Below are positions 1 through 8,469 of a DNA stretch of 20,000 nt, in pieces. The DNA is from an uncultured virus (IMG/VR IMGVR_UViG_3300046507_000660) (Duplodnaviria > Heunggongvirae > Uroviricota > Caudoviricetes). The stretch spans positions 55,447-75,446 of IMG/VR virus record IMGVR_UViG_3300046507_000660; one strand, 5' to 3'. The notes below the pieces were generated by a model, which was given only the letters and a program-made list of their open reading frames with translations, was not told where the DNA came from and made no database searches. The translations under genes and the position numbers were made by a program. Position 1 is the stretch's first letter. Each line of letters starts with the position of its first letter.

Positions 1-2
1 CC

Positions 3-569
3 CCCGAGGCCGTCGCCGACGAACTCGGTGTCCCCCTCCCCGTCACGCCGGAGCAGCGCGGCGCGCTGGAGACCGCTATCCGCAACGCGCAGGCCGACGT
101 GGTGGGCCACATCAACCGGCCCATCGTGCCGCGGGCGCTCACCCTGCGCGCTGTGATGCCGTTCTACACCGGCCGTCTCGACGACGCCGACACCTGGCCC
201 CTGCCCGAGCAGGACGACAACGTCGTGGTGAGCGCCTACCGGGCCAACTCGGATGGCACGTACGACGTCGACTTTCTGATCGGCCTCAACGGGGCCCGCG
301 AGGAGACGATCGTTCGCTACGTCACCGCGGCGGCCGCGGAGTCCGAGCGGCAGCGCCCCGGCGGGGTCGGAGCCACCGGCCGCCGAGTGACCTCCGTGAG
401 CGCCGAGGGACAGTCCATCTCCTACGAGAGCGCACCCACCGAGGGACAGGCCGGAGCGGCGCCCACGCTGGCCTCCCTGAACCGGCTGCGCCGCAGCCTC
501 TACCAGCCTCTCAACCGTCCGGCCCGCCCACCGTGGCCGTACTCCACGTACCGCGGCCGCGGTCGCTGA
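3..569 (+). CDS. Head-tail connector/adaptor protein (5'-truncated by window edge)
   Basis: Frame is open from base 3 (PEAVADELGV...AIRNAQADVVGHINR). C-terminal 'VTSVSAEGQSISY' resembles gp6/gp15-type adaptors. Lies at the start of the neck module. Confidence 0.7.
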   Translation, partial: PEAVADELGVPLPVTPEQRGALETAIRNAQADVVGHINRPIVPRALTLRAVMPFYTGRLDDADTWPLPEQDDNVVVSAYRANSDGTYDVDFLIGLNGAREETIVRYVTAAAAESERQRPGGVGATGRRVTSVSAEGQSISYESAPTEGQAGAAPTLASLNRLRRSLYQPLNRPARPPWPYSTYRGRGR

Positions 570-590
570 TCCACGAAAGGAGCGTCCCCG

Positions 591-1226
591 ATGGGCGACC
601 TCTACCAGTCCTACGGCGAGCTGACCGGCGGCCAGATCGAGGGCATCGACTACCAACGCACCTGGCGCACGTCCGACGTGTCCACGCTGCTGCACCTGGC
701 CATCCACGGGGGAGGCATAGAGACCGGCACCACCGAACTCGCCGATGCGGCCGCGGCCGACATCCACGACTTCTACACCCTGGACGCCTTCAAGGCCGCC
801 GGCACGAACACCGACCTGCACATCACGTCGACCCGGTACGACGAACCGCAGGCCCTCGCCATGGCGGCCGCCGCCACGCACATCGTGTCCTGGCACGGCG
901 CCTCGGGAGCCACGGCCTTCACCTACCTGGGCGGCCGCGACTCCAACCTCCGCGACCAGATCGGCCAGTGCCTCCGCGATGCGGGGTTCACGGTGCAGCT
1001 CGCCACGGAGGAGCTGAACGGCAACGACCCGACGAACATCTGCAACAAGAACCGGCGGAGCATGGGCGTCCAGCTCGAGCTGAGCACCACCCAACGTGCC
1101 GCGTTCTTCACCGGCGGCGACATGTCCCGGGGCAACCGCAAGAACACCACGGCGGTGTTCACCTCGTACGTCGCCGCGGTGAAGCTGGGCATCTCCAAGG
1201 CCCTCGTCACGGCCGGGGCAGGCTGA
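591..1226 (+). CDS. Poly-gamma-glutamate hydrolase family protein (PghP/YjqB/DUF867-like zinc peptidase)
   Basis: Motifs AIHGGGIETGTTELA, LHITSTRYDEP, SWHG, NICN and GVQLELS match the family as I recall it. RBS GAAAGGAG lies just upstream. Confidence 0.88.
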   Translation: MGDLYQSYGELTGGQIEGIDYQRTWRTSDVSTLLHLAIHGGGIETGTTELADAAAADIHDFYTLDAFKAAGTNTDLHITSTRYDEPQALAMAAAATHIVSWHGASGATAFTYLGGRDSNLRDQIGQCLRDAGFTVQLATEELNGNDPTNICNKNRRSMGVQLELSTTQRAAFFTGGDMSRGNRKNTTAVFTSYVAAVKLGISKALVTAGAG

Positions 1227-1228
1227 CC

Positions 1229-1564
1229 ATGGCTGTCGTCCTCCCGAACGCCGTACTGACCGTGTACGCCCTCGCCCACCCATGGGCGCGGGACGCCAAC
1301 GGGGTGCCCGTCCCCCCGAACCCGAACCAGAAGCCGGCCCCGCGCGGCACCTGGCCCGGGTCGGTCCTGCAGCAGGACGACGGCTCATGGACGGTGCGCC
1401 TCGACCCGCAGGCGTGGCCAGTGAAGGACGGCGACACCATCAGCGACGAGACGGGCCGCTCCTGGACGCTGACCGGCTCGCCCCGCAACCACGCGGTACC
1501 CGGCTGCCCTGACGTCGACTACGTCCAGGCCGCCGCCACCCTCAACCCGCCCGAGGTGCTGTGA
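1229..1564 (+). CDS. Head-closure/stopper-like protein (111 aa)
   Basis: 3' part of ORF 533..1564 from ATG 1229 (MAVVLPNAVLTVY...WPVKDGDTISDETGRSWTL). Size, beta-rich character and position fit a head-closure gene. Confidence 0.6.
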   Translation: MAVVLPNAVLTVYALAHPWARDANGVPVPPNPNQKPAPRGTWPGSVLQQDDGSWTVRLDPQAWPVKDGDTISDETGRSWTLTGSPRNHAVPGCPDVDYVQAAATLNPPEVL

Positions 1565-2100
1565 TGGCGGACGCGAAGTTCACGCCGAACCAGGGTCTCG
1601 AGGAGGCCCTGGCCCGGATGCTCGCCCCGTACGTGCAGCGCATCGCGCACCAGGTCGAGATCGAGGCGAAGCGCCTGGCCCCGCCAACCAAGCGGTGGGT
1701 GACCGTCGGCGACGACAAGGTCCGCCCCACCCACGTCGCGGCCCAGGGCCAGGAGGTCCCCGGGAACCTGCGCTTCACGATCAACTCCATGCGCTGGGAC
1801 ATGGAACACCGAGGAGTCGGGCCCAGCACGTACATGCTCGAGCCCCGCGACGAGAGCTCCCGGGCCGTGGCCAACATCAAGAACTGCCGCTGCACCACGC
1901 ACAAGGACCCGCAGGGCATCGCCCGGCACATCAACACCGGCCAGCCGGTCGTGGCCGGGAAGAAGGTCACCGTCACCGTGTCCGTTCAGGCCCCCCAGGT
2001 CGTCGAGGCCGAGGTGGGCACCGTGTACCCGGGCAACCTCCGCGCGGACGGAACGCACTTCATGTCGCGCGCGGCCGCGATCGTCGCCGCCCGCCGCTGA
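1564..2100 (+). CDS. Neck/tail-completion (HK97 gp10-like) protein with internal MuF/SPP1-gp7-like segment
   Basis: TGATG overlap with the upstream gene. N-terminal 'AHQVEIEAKRLAP' and C-terminal 'EAEVGT...HFMSRAA' are gp10-like. The middle 'KRWVTVGDDKVRPTH...PRD...NCRC' is MuF-like. Confidence 0.6.
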   Translation: MADAKFTPNQGLEEALARMLAPYVQRIAHQVEIEAKRLAPPTKRWVTVGDDKVRPTHVAAQGQEVPGNLRFTINSMRWDMEHRGVGPSTYMLEPRDESSRAVANIKNCRCTTHKDPQGIARHINTGQPVVAGKKVTVTVSVQAPQVVEAEVGTVYPGNLRADGTHFMSRAAAIVAARR

Positions 2101-2103
2101 CCG

Positions 2104-2133
2104 CGCGACACAAGCCGGCCGGGCGCCCACAGT
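2104..2133 (+). promoter_or_regulatory. Conserved bipartite promoter-like motif, copy 1
   Basis: CGCGAC(2104-2109)ACAAGCC, N18, CACAGT(2128-2133). ATG 2141 follows 7 nt later, suggesting a leaderless transcript. Confidence 0.65.
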
Positions 2134-2140
2134 GCCCGGC

Positions 2141-2413
2141 ATGGCTACGAACCCCACCACCAGGAAGCCCGCCGCCGAGGCGGAGGACAACACCGAGCCG
2201 GTCGCCGAGACCGCCGAGGCCCGCCCGGAGCGCGCCCGCCGCACACCCGACGTCGTCGGCCCGCCCCTTGGCGACGGCGAAAAGCCGGTCACCGTCACCC
2301 TGTCCCACCACCTGCGGATCAACGGCACCGACCATCTGCCGGGCGTCGAGATCCGCGTGTCCCCCGACTATGCCCGCGGCCTGCGCGGTCAGGGCTACGT
2401 CGCCCGCACCTGA
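2141..2413 (+). CDS. Small hypothetical protein (90 aa), possibly virion-associated
   Basis: ATG 2141, no SD. Disordered N-terminus plus compact C-terminus VTLSHHLRINGTDHLPGVEIRVSPDYARGLRGQGYV. TGATG coupling to the next gene. Confidence 0.65.
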   Translation: MATNPTTRKPAAEAEDNTEPVAETAEARPERARRTPDVVGPPLGDGEKPVTVTLSHHLRINGTDHLPGVEIRVSPDYARGLRGQGYVART

Positions 2414-2838
2414 TGACCGAGCCGACCCTCGCCGACGCCGACCCGGTCTCCGTGCTCCTGGCGTGGCTGCAGCAGAGCGACGAGGTCGCCGACGCACTCG
2501 GCGGCCCCAATCGCGTGTCCGGCATCGCCGAGGCACCATGGCCGCACCTGGTCATTGACCACGGCGCCGGCGGAGACCTGCGTGACCTGAACTGGGCCAT
2601 CGCACCGGAGGTGACGCTCGAGGTGCACGGGGACCCGGGCGGCTGGCCGGGGAAGGCCGAACTGCGGAAGATCCTCATGCGCTGCGCCACGGCCGCCAAG
2701 GGCGTCGTCGAGGCGCCGCACACGCCCGGCCAACCCGTCATCAACGGGGTGAAGCCCTCCGGTCTCCTGGTCTGGTCGCCGCTCGTCAACGGCCAACCCA
2801 GGTGGCTGATGAACCTCTCAGTGACCCTGCACCCGTGA
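2413..2838 (+). CDS. Tail terminator/tail completion protein
   Basis: 141 aa, immediately upstream of the major tail gene. Pattern 'VADALGGPNRVSG...PWPHLVI...VTLEVHG' is typical of terminators. Confidence 0.7.
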   Translation: MTEPTLADADPVSVLLAWLQQSDEVADALGGPNRVSGIAEAPWPHLVIDHGAGGDLRDLNWAIAPEVTLEVHGDPGGWPGKAELRKILMRCATAAKGVVEAPHTPGQPVINGVKPSGLLVWSPLVNGQPRWLMNLSVTLHP

Positions 2839-2841
2839 CGA

Positions 2842-2872
2842 CGCGACGTTAACCACTCCCGCTCTCCAAGGT
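2842..2872 (+). promoter_or_regulatory. Conserved bipartite promoter-like motif, copy 2
   Basis: CGCGAC(2842-2847)GTTAACC, N19, CAAGGT(2867-2872). Confidence 0.65.
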
Positions 2873-2905
2873 GTCCGCGCCCTGACACCGGACACCTTGG
2901 AGAGC
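2861..2905 (+). repeat. Perfect 17-bp inverted repeat covering the major tail RBS
   Basis: GCTCTCCAAGGTGTCCG (2861-2877) / CGGACACCTTGGAGAGC (2889-2905). The right arm contains the GGAGAG SD. Confidence 0.9.
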
Positions 2906-2911
2906 CCCGTC

Positions 2912-3505
2912 ATGAGTGGCGAGACGATCAACAACAACGAAATCGTTGTCCCCAGCATCACCCGCGTCTACCTGGGGCCCGTCGGTACGACTGCGCCCGC
3001 CGACGCAACCGTGGCGATGCCCGCCGCTCTGCGGAGCGTCGGCCTCACTACCGAGGACTCGCTCAAGTTCAACTCCGAACCGAACTTCGAGCAGGTCAAG
3101 TCCGCCCAGTCCTCGTACCCGACCCGCACGTTCCAGACCTCCGATGCGGCGACCATCGAGGTCGACCTGCAGCAGTGGTCCGGCGAGAACTTCAAGGCCG
3201 TGTACGGCGGCGGCGACATCGCCGAGATCACGCCCGCCGGCGGCACCGGCACCCCCAAGCACTACAAGTTCACGCCGCCGCGGATCGGCTCCCGGACCGA
3301 GGTGATGGCTGTGGTCGAGGTCATCGACGGCGGCAAGCACTACCGGTACATCATCCCCCGCTGCATGCAGATGGAAGGCGTCGCCTCCGACCTCGCGAAG
3401 ACCAAGGAGGCCGTGCTCCCGTTGCGCCTGGCCGTCCAGGGCGGCGACGACCTGGATGCCTTCTACGTCCTCACCGACGACCCCGCGTTCGGCCCCGCGG
3501 CGTGA
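2912..3505 (+). CDS. Major tail (tube) protein
   Basis: ATG 2912 after GGAGAG, 197 aa. Motifs 'RVYLGPVGTTAP', 'VGLTTEDSLKF' and 'DGGKHYRYIIPR' are typical of actinophage tail tube proteins. Lies upstream of the chaperone and tape measure genes. Confidence 0.88.
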   Translation: MSGETINNNEIVVPSITRVYLGPVGTTAPADATVAMPAALRSVGLTTEDSLKFNSEPNFEQVKSAQSSYPTRTFQTSDAATIEVDLQQWSGENFKAVYGGGDIAEITPAGGTGTPKHYKFTPPRIGSRTEVMAVVEVIDGGKHYRYIIPRCMQMEGVASDLAKTKEAVLPLRLAVQGGDDLDAFYVLTDDPAFGPAA

Positions 3506-3520
3506 CCTCTCGCGGCAGCG

Positions 3521-3551
3521 CGCGACACAAGCCCCACCGGCTTGGCACTGT
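3521..3551 (+). promoter_or_regulatory. Conserved bipartite promoter-like motif, copy 3
   Basis: CGCGAC(3521-3526)ACAAGCC, N19, CACTGT(3546-3551). Confidence 0.65.
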
Positions 3552-3603
3552 CCGCGCGCTGCCGCACCCCGGCAACCCAGCTACTCAAGAAGAGGTCACC
3601 CAC

Positions 3604-4128
3604 ATGTCGTTCGTCATCGACCTGGACGCCGAGCGCCGCGAAGTCCAGTACCCCGACGGCATCCCCGTGAAGTTCGGCGGGGAACAGTTCATCTTCCCGG
3701 CAGAGCTGCCAGCGGAAGCTCTCGACCCGATCCTGTCCGACGAGCTGGACCTGGTCGGCCTCCTGGGCGACGTCCTCGAATCCTCCGACGGCGACGCCGG
3801 AATCAAGGAGATCGTCAACGCCCTCTTCCGGCGCCCGTCCCTGCCGCGGAAGTTCCTCGCCGCGATCCGCGAGACCTACACGATCCTCCTCGGCGACCAG
3901 CACGAGGACTTCCTCCGACAGCGCCCGTACATCGGCGACTACGTCCGCCTGACGACCGGTCTCACCAAGGTCTACGGGGTGGAACTGGGAAAGCTCTTTC
4001 GGTCTGCCGACTCCTCCGAGAACGCTTCGGAGACGTCGAGTCAGACCTTTCCCGATACCACCGAGTCGACGCCCGACGAGTCTGGCTCCGCCCCGGACAG
4101 CCCGAATTCATCGGCCTCCGACGGCTGA
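3604..4128 (+). CDS. Tail assembly chaperone (gpG-like, 174 aa)
   Basis: ATG 3604 after GAAGAGG, between major tail and tape measure genes. Contains slippery G GGA AAG (LGK) and an acidic Ser-rich tail. Confidence 0.85.
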   Translation: MSFVIDLDAERREVQYPDGIPVKFGGEQFIFPAELPAEALDPILSDELDLVGLLGDVLESSDGDAGIKEIVNALFRRPSLPRKFLAAIRETYTILLGDQHEDFLRQRPYIGDYVRLTTGLTKVYGVELGKLFRSADSSENASETSSQTFPDTTESTPDESGSAPDSPNSSASDG

Positions 4129-4433
4129 TCTCCCTCGTCGACGGTCTGCCCGACGACTCCCAGGTCCGCTCTGTCCCCTTCGGAGGCTGGAACCGGTACC
4201 TCGAGCTCTTGGCGCTGATCGTCGAGGAGATCGGGCTCCTTGCCGCAGACAAGCGGCGCGAAGAGCCCACCAGCATCGTTCGCCCGCCGCGCTCCGGCAC
4301 TGCGACGCGCAGCAGCTCCGGCACCACGCCCCAGCCGCCGCAGCCCGCCCCGGAACCGCCGGCGTCCCGCATGACCGGCCACAGACAGATGCTCATGGCG
4401 GCCATGCAGAGAGGAATGGTCCGTAGTGGGTGA
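3604..4433 (+). CDS. Tail assembly chaperone, frameshifted long form (gpGT-like, ~276 aa)
   Basis: -1 frame reads ALSVCRLLRERFGDVESDLSRYHRVD...LRRLISLVDGLPDDS, typical of actinophage gpT. Its stop overlaps the tape measure start. Confidence 0.82.
3987..3993 (+). other. Programmed -1 ribosomal frameshift site GGGAAAG
   Basis: In X XXY YYZ phase (CTG GGA AAG), same heptamer as lambda G/T. The -1 frame is open to 4433. Confidence 0.88.
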
Positions 4434-7400
4434 GGGCCTGCAGGCCGGTCGCCTCGACGTGCCGGTCGTCGCCGACCTTTCGGGGTTCGCGGCAAAGCTG
4501 CGCGCGGAAGTCGAGTCGGCCGCCGAAGGCCTGGCCGCGAAGATCAAGGTCGAGATCGACTCCAAGGGCCTACGGCGACGGCTCAAGGACGTGGTCAAGG
4601 AGGCGTCCAAGGGCGTCACCGCGAAGATCCGCGTAGAGATCGACGAAGACCGGTTCCGTGCCTCCCTGGACGGCATCCGCCGCCGCATCGACGACTCCGG
4701 CCTGAACCTTCCCGTCAGGCCGGACGGCGACGGCGACGGCTCGAACCGCGGCGGTCTACTCGCCGGGCTGCGGAACCTGATCACTGGCGCCCAGGGCGAA
4801 GCCGACCGGAACCCCGTCAACGTTCCGGTCAACATGCGGATGCCGGGGCGCGGCCGCGGCTCCCTGCGCATGCTCGGCATCGGCTCCCTCATCTCCCTGC
4901 TCGAGCCCGCGGTCGCCCTGATCGGCCAGTACGGCGCCGGCCTGACAGCCCTCGTGTCCGCGGCCGCGCCCGCGGTCGGTGTCCTGGGAGCGATACCCGG
5001 GCTGATCGCCGCGGCAGGCACCGCAGCTATCGGCACGAAGGTCGCGTTCTCCGGCTTCGGCGACGCGCTCAAGGAGACGCTGAAGATTCAGCAGCAGCAG
5101 GCCGCCGGGACCAAGGTCACCAAGGCCGAGCAGCAGAAGCTCGACCAGGCCCTCGGCAAGCTGTCGAAGTCGGCGCGGGAGACCGTCACCACGGTCGCGA
5201 GCCTGTCCAGTGCCTGGCGGGACATGAAGAAGTCCGTCCAAGAACGCTTCTTCTCCAAGATCGCCGACGAGGTCAAGCCCCTGTCGGAATCGGTCCTCCC
5301 TCTCTTCAAGAAGACCCTCGGCGACAGCGCCTCTCAGATGGGCAACCTCGCCAAGCGGGGCGCCCAGTTCATGCAGACCGGCGTCTTCCGCAGGGACTTC
5401 AAGACGATCGCGGGCACCAACTCCCGCGTCGTCGGCAACCTGACCGATGGCCTGGCCAACATGGGCCACGCCACCATGGACTTCCTGGTGGCTTCCGGAC
5501 CGTTCGTCGAGCGGGTCGGTCAGGCCGGCGAGAAGTTCACCCAGTGGGTCCGGGCCTCCGTGAAGGCGGGCCGGGAAACCGGCAGCCTCGCCAAGTTCTT
5601 GGACCACGCCGGGGACAAGGCCGCGCAGCTCGGCAGGACCACCGGCAACCTCATCAAGGGACTCGGCGGGGTCGGCAAGGCCGCGATGGACAGCGGTAAC
5701 GCCCTGCTCGACGGCCTCGAGGGCAGCATGCTGCGCTTCACGCGCTGGGCCAACTCCGGCGTGGGCCAGAAGGCCATGCAAAATTTCTTCAGCGACGCGG
5801 CCCCTGCGTTCCACGAGGTCAACCTCCTTTTCGGGGACCTCATGCGCGGGCTCGGCCGGTCCATGAAGGACGGCGGGATCACCGACCTCGTACGGCAGAT
5901 CCGCACGGAACTGATGCCCGCCCTCGGTTCGTTCTTCAACGCCATCGGCCACAGCGTCGGGCCAGCGGTCATCTCCGTGATCTCGAACCTCGCCACGGCG
6001 ATCGGGAACGTCTCGGCGGCGGGAAGCGGGCTCGCCGTACTGCTCGTGACCTTCAACGGGCTGCTGCAGATTTTCAACGGGGTCATGCGCGTGATCCCCG
6101 GGGCGAACACGGCACTTGCTGTGTTCCTGGGCACGATGCTCGCCCTCAAGGTGGTCAGCGGCGTCGCCACGATGCTGCGCGGCTTCGGCACCTCCGTCAC
6201 CGCCGCGGGCACCTCCGTGCGCACGCTCGGCACCACCATGCGGGGCACGATGGGCGCTGGCGTCCTCGGCCCGCAGATCACCATGTGGCAGCGGATGGGG
6301 CTCGCCTACCAGGGCGCCGCCTCGCAGGGTGGCCGCCTCACCGGGACGCTGCGCGGGATCGGCGCGGCCAACCGTGTCGCCTCCCGGGCCCTCGGCGGCA
6401 TCACGTCCGCTCTCGGCGGCCCGCTCGGCATCGCCATCGCTGGCGTCACGATCGGTCTCGGCTTGCTCGCCTCCAAGCAGGAGGCCGCAGCCCGCGCCGC
6501 GGCCGCGCACGAGGAGCGCGTCAACTCCCTCGCGCAGGCCCTGGCGGACTCCAACGGCCAGATCGACGCCAACGTTCGCGCCCAGGCCGCGCAGTACCTC
6601 CAGGAAATCAAGCTCTCCGATGGCAAGGGCAAGCTCGTCGACGTCATGCGGGACGCCGGCGTGAACCTCAAGTCGGTCACGGACGCCTACCTGCAGCAGG
6701 GCGGCTCAATCGACGGGCTGCAGAAGAAGCTGACCGGGCTCGCCGATGCCACCAAGCACTACGTGAACTACGCCGGTGACAAGGCGTCCAAGCTCGAGTA
6801 CACGCCGCAGGGCGAGAAGTACAAGGCCGCGGCCGACGCCCTCGGGGCGATGAGTGGCGAGCTGGACAAGTCACGGAAGAAGCAGAAGGAACTAGACCAG
6901 GCGGTCAACGGCTCGGCTACTACCGGCACGACGTCGTACGACCGTCTGAATTCCGCCGTCCAGGGCTTCACCGACAAGACCAAGAGCGCGGACGAGCGAG
7001 TCGACGCCCTCAAGCGCGCTCTCAACGAGCTGCAGGGCAACACCCAGTCGTTCCACGACGCCGAGACCCAGCTCAACGCCGTGATGCTCCAGATCGACGA
7101 CACGATGAAGGAGAACATCGACCACGCCGACGGCTGGGGCAAGAAGCTCGTCGACAACGACGGGTTGGTCAACACCGCGTCCAAGAACGGGCAGACCCTC
7201 AACTCGCAGCTCACGGACCTGCGAGACGGCATGCTCGGCGTGGCTACCCGGGCGCAGGAAGCCGCGGAGCAGGGCCTCATGCCCATGTCCGAAGCAATGA
7301 GCAAGAGCCAGAAGGCGATGGAGCAGGCCCGCGCGAAGGCCATTCAGCTCGCCACGGACATGGGCATCCCCAAGGAGCAGGCCAAGGCGCTTGCCGATCA

Positions 7401-8469
7401 GATGGGGTTCATCCCGGACACCGTCACCACCCTGATCACGGCCCAGGGCATCCCGGAGGCGACCGCGGAGTTCCTAAGCCTGCGCAGCACCCTGGAGAAG
7501 ATCCCCGCAGGCAAGGGCGTCCAGATCAAGGCGCCCACGTTTGAGGCCCGCACCCAGATCGAAGCCCTCGGCTTCAAGGTGCAGCGCATCCCCGGCAGCA
7601 AGAACATCGTGGTCACGGCCCCGACCAAGGGCGCGCGCATCAACATCGGCGCCCTCGCCGCGGACATCGCCAACGCCCCGGACAAGAAGAAGGTCACCGT
7701 CCAGGCGATCATCAAGCAGGCCGCCGGCGACCTGAAGAACGTCCAACAGAAGGTCGCGGGCCTGCCCAAGGGCAAGTCCATCGAGGTCAAGACACCCACG
7801 AAGACGGCCCAGGCCGCGCTCAAGGACCTCGGTTACAAGATCAAGACCGTCGACGGTTCGCACGGCAAGACCGTCAAGATCACCGCCCCGAACAAGACGC
7901 CCATCCAGCAGGTGCAGGCGATCCAGGGGAAGATCAACGGCCTTACCGGCAAGACCGTCCACGTCACCGTCAAGTACTCGACGCTGGGCAAGCCGTACGT
8001 CTCCCCGAAGGCAGACGGCGGGATCGTCCAGTACGCCAACGGTGGCATCCGCCGCATGGCAGGCCGAGTGAAGGCCTTCGCGAACGGCGCGGAGCAGCAC
8101 ATCGCGCAGATCGCGCAGGCAGGCGAGATGCGCCTGTGGGCGGAGCCCGAGACCGGCGGAGAGGCCTACATCCCGCTGGCTCCCGGCAAGCGCCGCCGCT
8201 CCGAGGCGATCCTCGATCGGGTCGCAGAGATGTTCGGCGGCCGCGTCGTCTACTTCGCCAACGGCGCGATGCGCCAGTACGCACAGGGCGCCGTACGGAC
8301 GCGCGCCTCCACCGTCCGGCAGCGAGCGGCGGCCGCGCAGGCGGCGGGAGCGCTTGTCGGCGGTGACCTCAACCTGAACATCGGTGCGGTCGCATCGACT
8401 GGAACCGCCCTGGAGGACGCCATGTTCGAGCTGCGCCGTATCCGACTCGGAGGGGGAGCCAATGCGTGA
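4426..8469 (+). CDS. Tape measure protein (1347 aa)
   Basis: Long Ala/Gly-rich helical protein with hydrophobic segments, following the chaperones. N-terminal 'AGRLDVPVVADLSGF' and C-terminal 'ADGGI...WAEPETGGEAYIPL' are tape-measure motifs. Confidence 0.95.
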   Translation: MGEGLQAGRLDVPVVADLSGFAAKLRAEVESAAEGLAAKIKVEIDSKGLRRRLKDVVKEASKGVTAKIRVEIDEDRFRASLDGIRRRIDDSGLNLPVRPDGDGDGSNRGGLLAGLRNLITGAQGEADRNPVNVPVNMRMPGRGRGSLRMLGIGSLISLLEPAVALIGQYGAGLTALVSAAAPAVGVLGAIPGLIAAAGTAAIGTKVAFSGFGDALKETLKIQQQQAAGTKVTKAEQQKLDQALGKLSKSARETVTTVASLSSAWRDMKKSVQERFFSKIADEVKPLSESVLPLFKKTLGDSASQMGNLAKRGAQFMQTGVFRRDFKTIAGTNSRVVGNLTDGLANMGHATMDFLVASGPFVERVGQAGEKFTQWVRASVKAGRETGSLAKFLDHAGDKAAQLGRTTGNLIKGLGGVGKAAMDSGNALLDGLEGSMLRFTRWANSGVGQKAMQNFFSDAAPAFHEVNLLFGDLMRGLGRSMKDGGITDLVRQIRTELMPALGSFFNAIGHSVGPAVISVISNLATAIGNVSAAGSGLAVLLVTFNGLLQIFNGVMRVIPGANTALAVFLGTMLALKVVSGVATMLRGFGTSVTAAGTSVRTLGTTMRGTMGAGVLGPQITMWQRMGLAYQGAASQGGRLTGTLRGIGAANRVASRALGGITSALGGPLGIAIAGVTIGLGLLASKQEAAARAAAAHEERVNSLAQALADSNGQIDANVRAQAAQYLQEIKLSDGKGKLVDVMRDAGVNLKSVTDAYLQQGGSIDGLQKKLTGLADATKHYVNYAGDKASKLEYTPQGEKYKAAADALGAMSGELDKSRKKQKELDQAVNGSATTGTTSYDRLNSAVQGFTDKTKSADERVDALKRALNELQGNTQSFHDAETQLNAVMLQIDDTMKENIDHADGWGKKLVDNDGLVNTASKNGQTLNSQLTDLRDGMLGVATRAQEAAEQGLMPMSEAMSKSQKAMEQARAKAIQLATDMGIPKEQAKALADQMGFIPDTVTTLITAQGIPEATAEFLSLRSTLEKIPAGKGVQIKAPTFEARTQIEALGFKVQRIPGSKNIVVTAPTKGARINIGALAADIANAPDKKKVTVQAIIKQAAGDLKNVQQKVAGLPKGKSIEVKTPTKTAQAALKDLGYKIKTVDGSHGKTVKITAPNKTPIQQVQAIQGKINGLTGKTVHVTVKYSTLGKPYVSPKADGGIVQYANGGIRRMAGRVKAFANGAEQHIAQIAQAGEMRLWAEPETGGEAYIPLAPGKRRRSEAILDRVAEMFGGRVVYFANGAMRQYAQGAVRTRASTVRQRAAAAQAAGALVGGDLNLNIGAVASTGTALEDAMFELRRIRLGGGANA

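Noticed and set aside
533..1228. 5' extension of ORF 533..1564, and similar extensions from 3175, 8384, 9902 and 18894
   Set aside because: They overlap other genes or low-quality sequence; downstream starts with an RBS or stop-start coupling are better supported.
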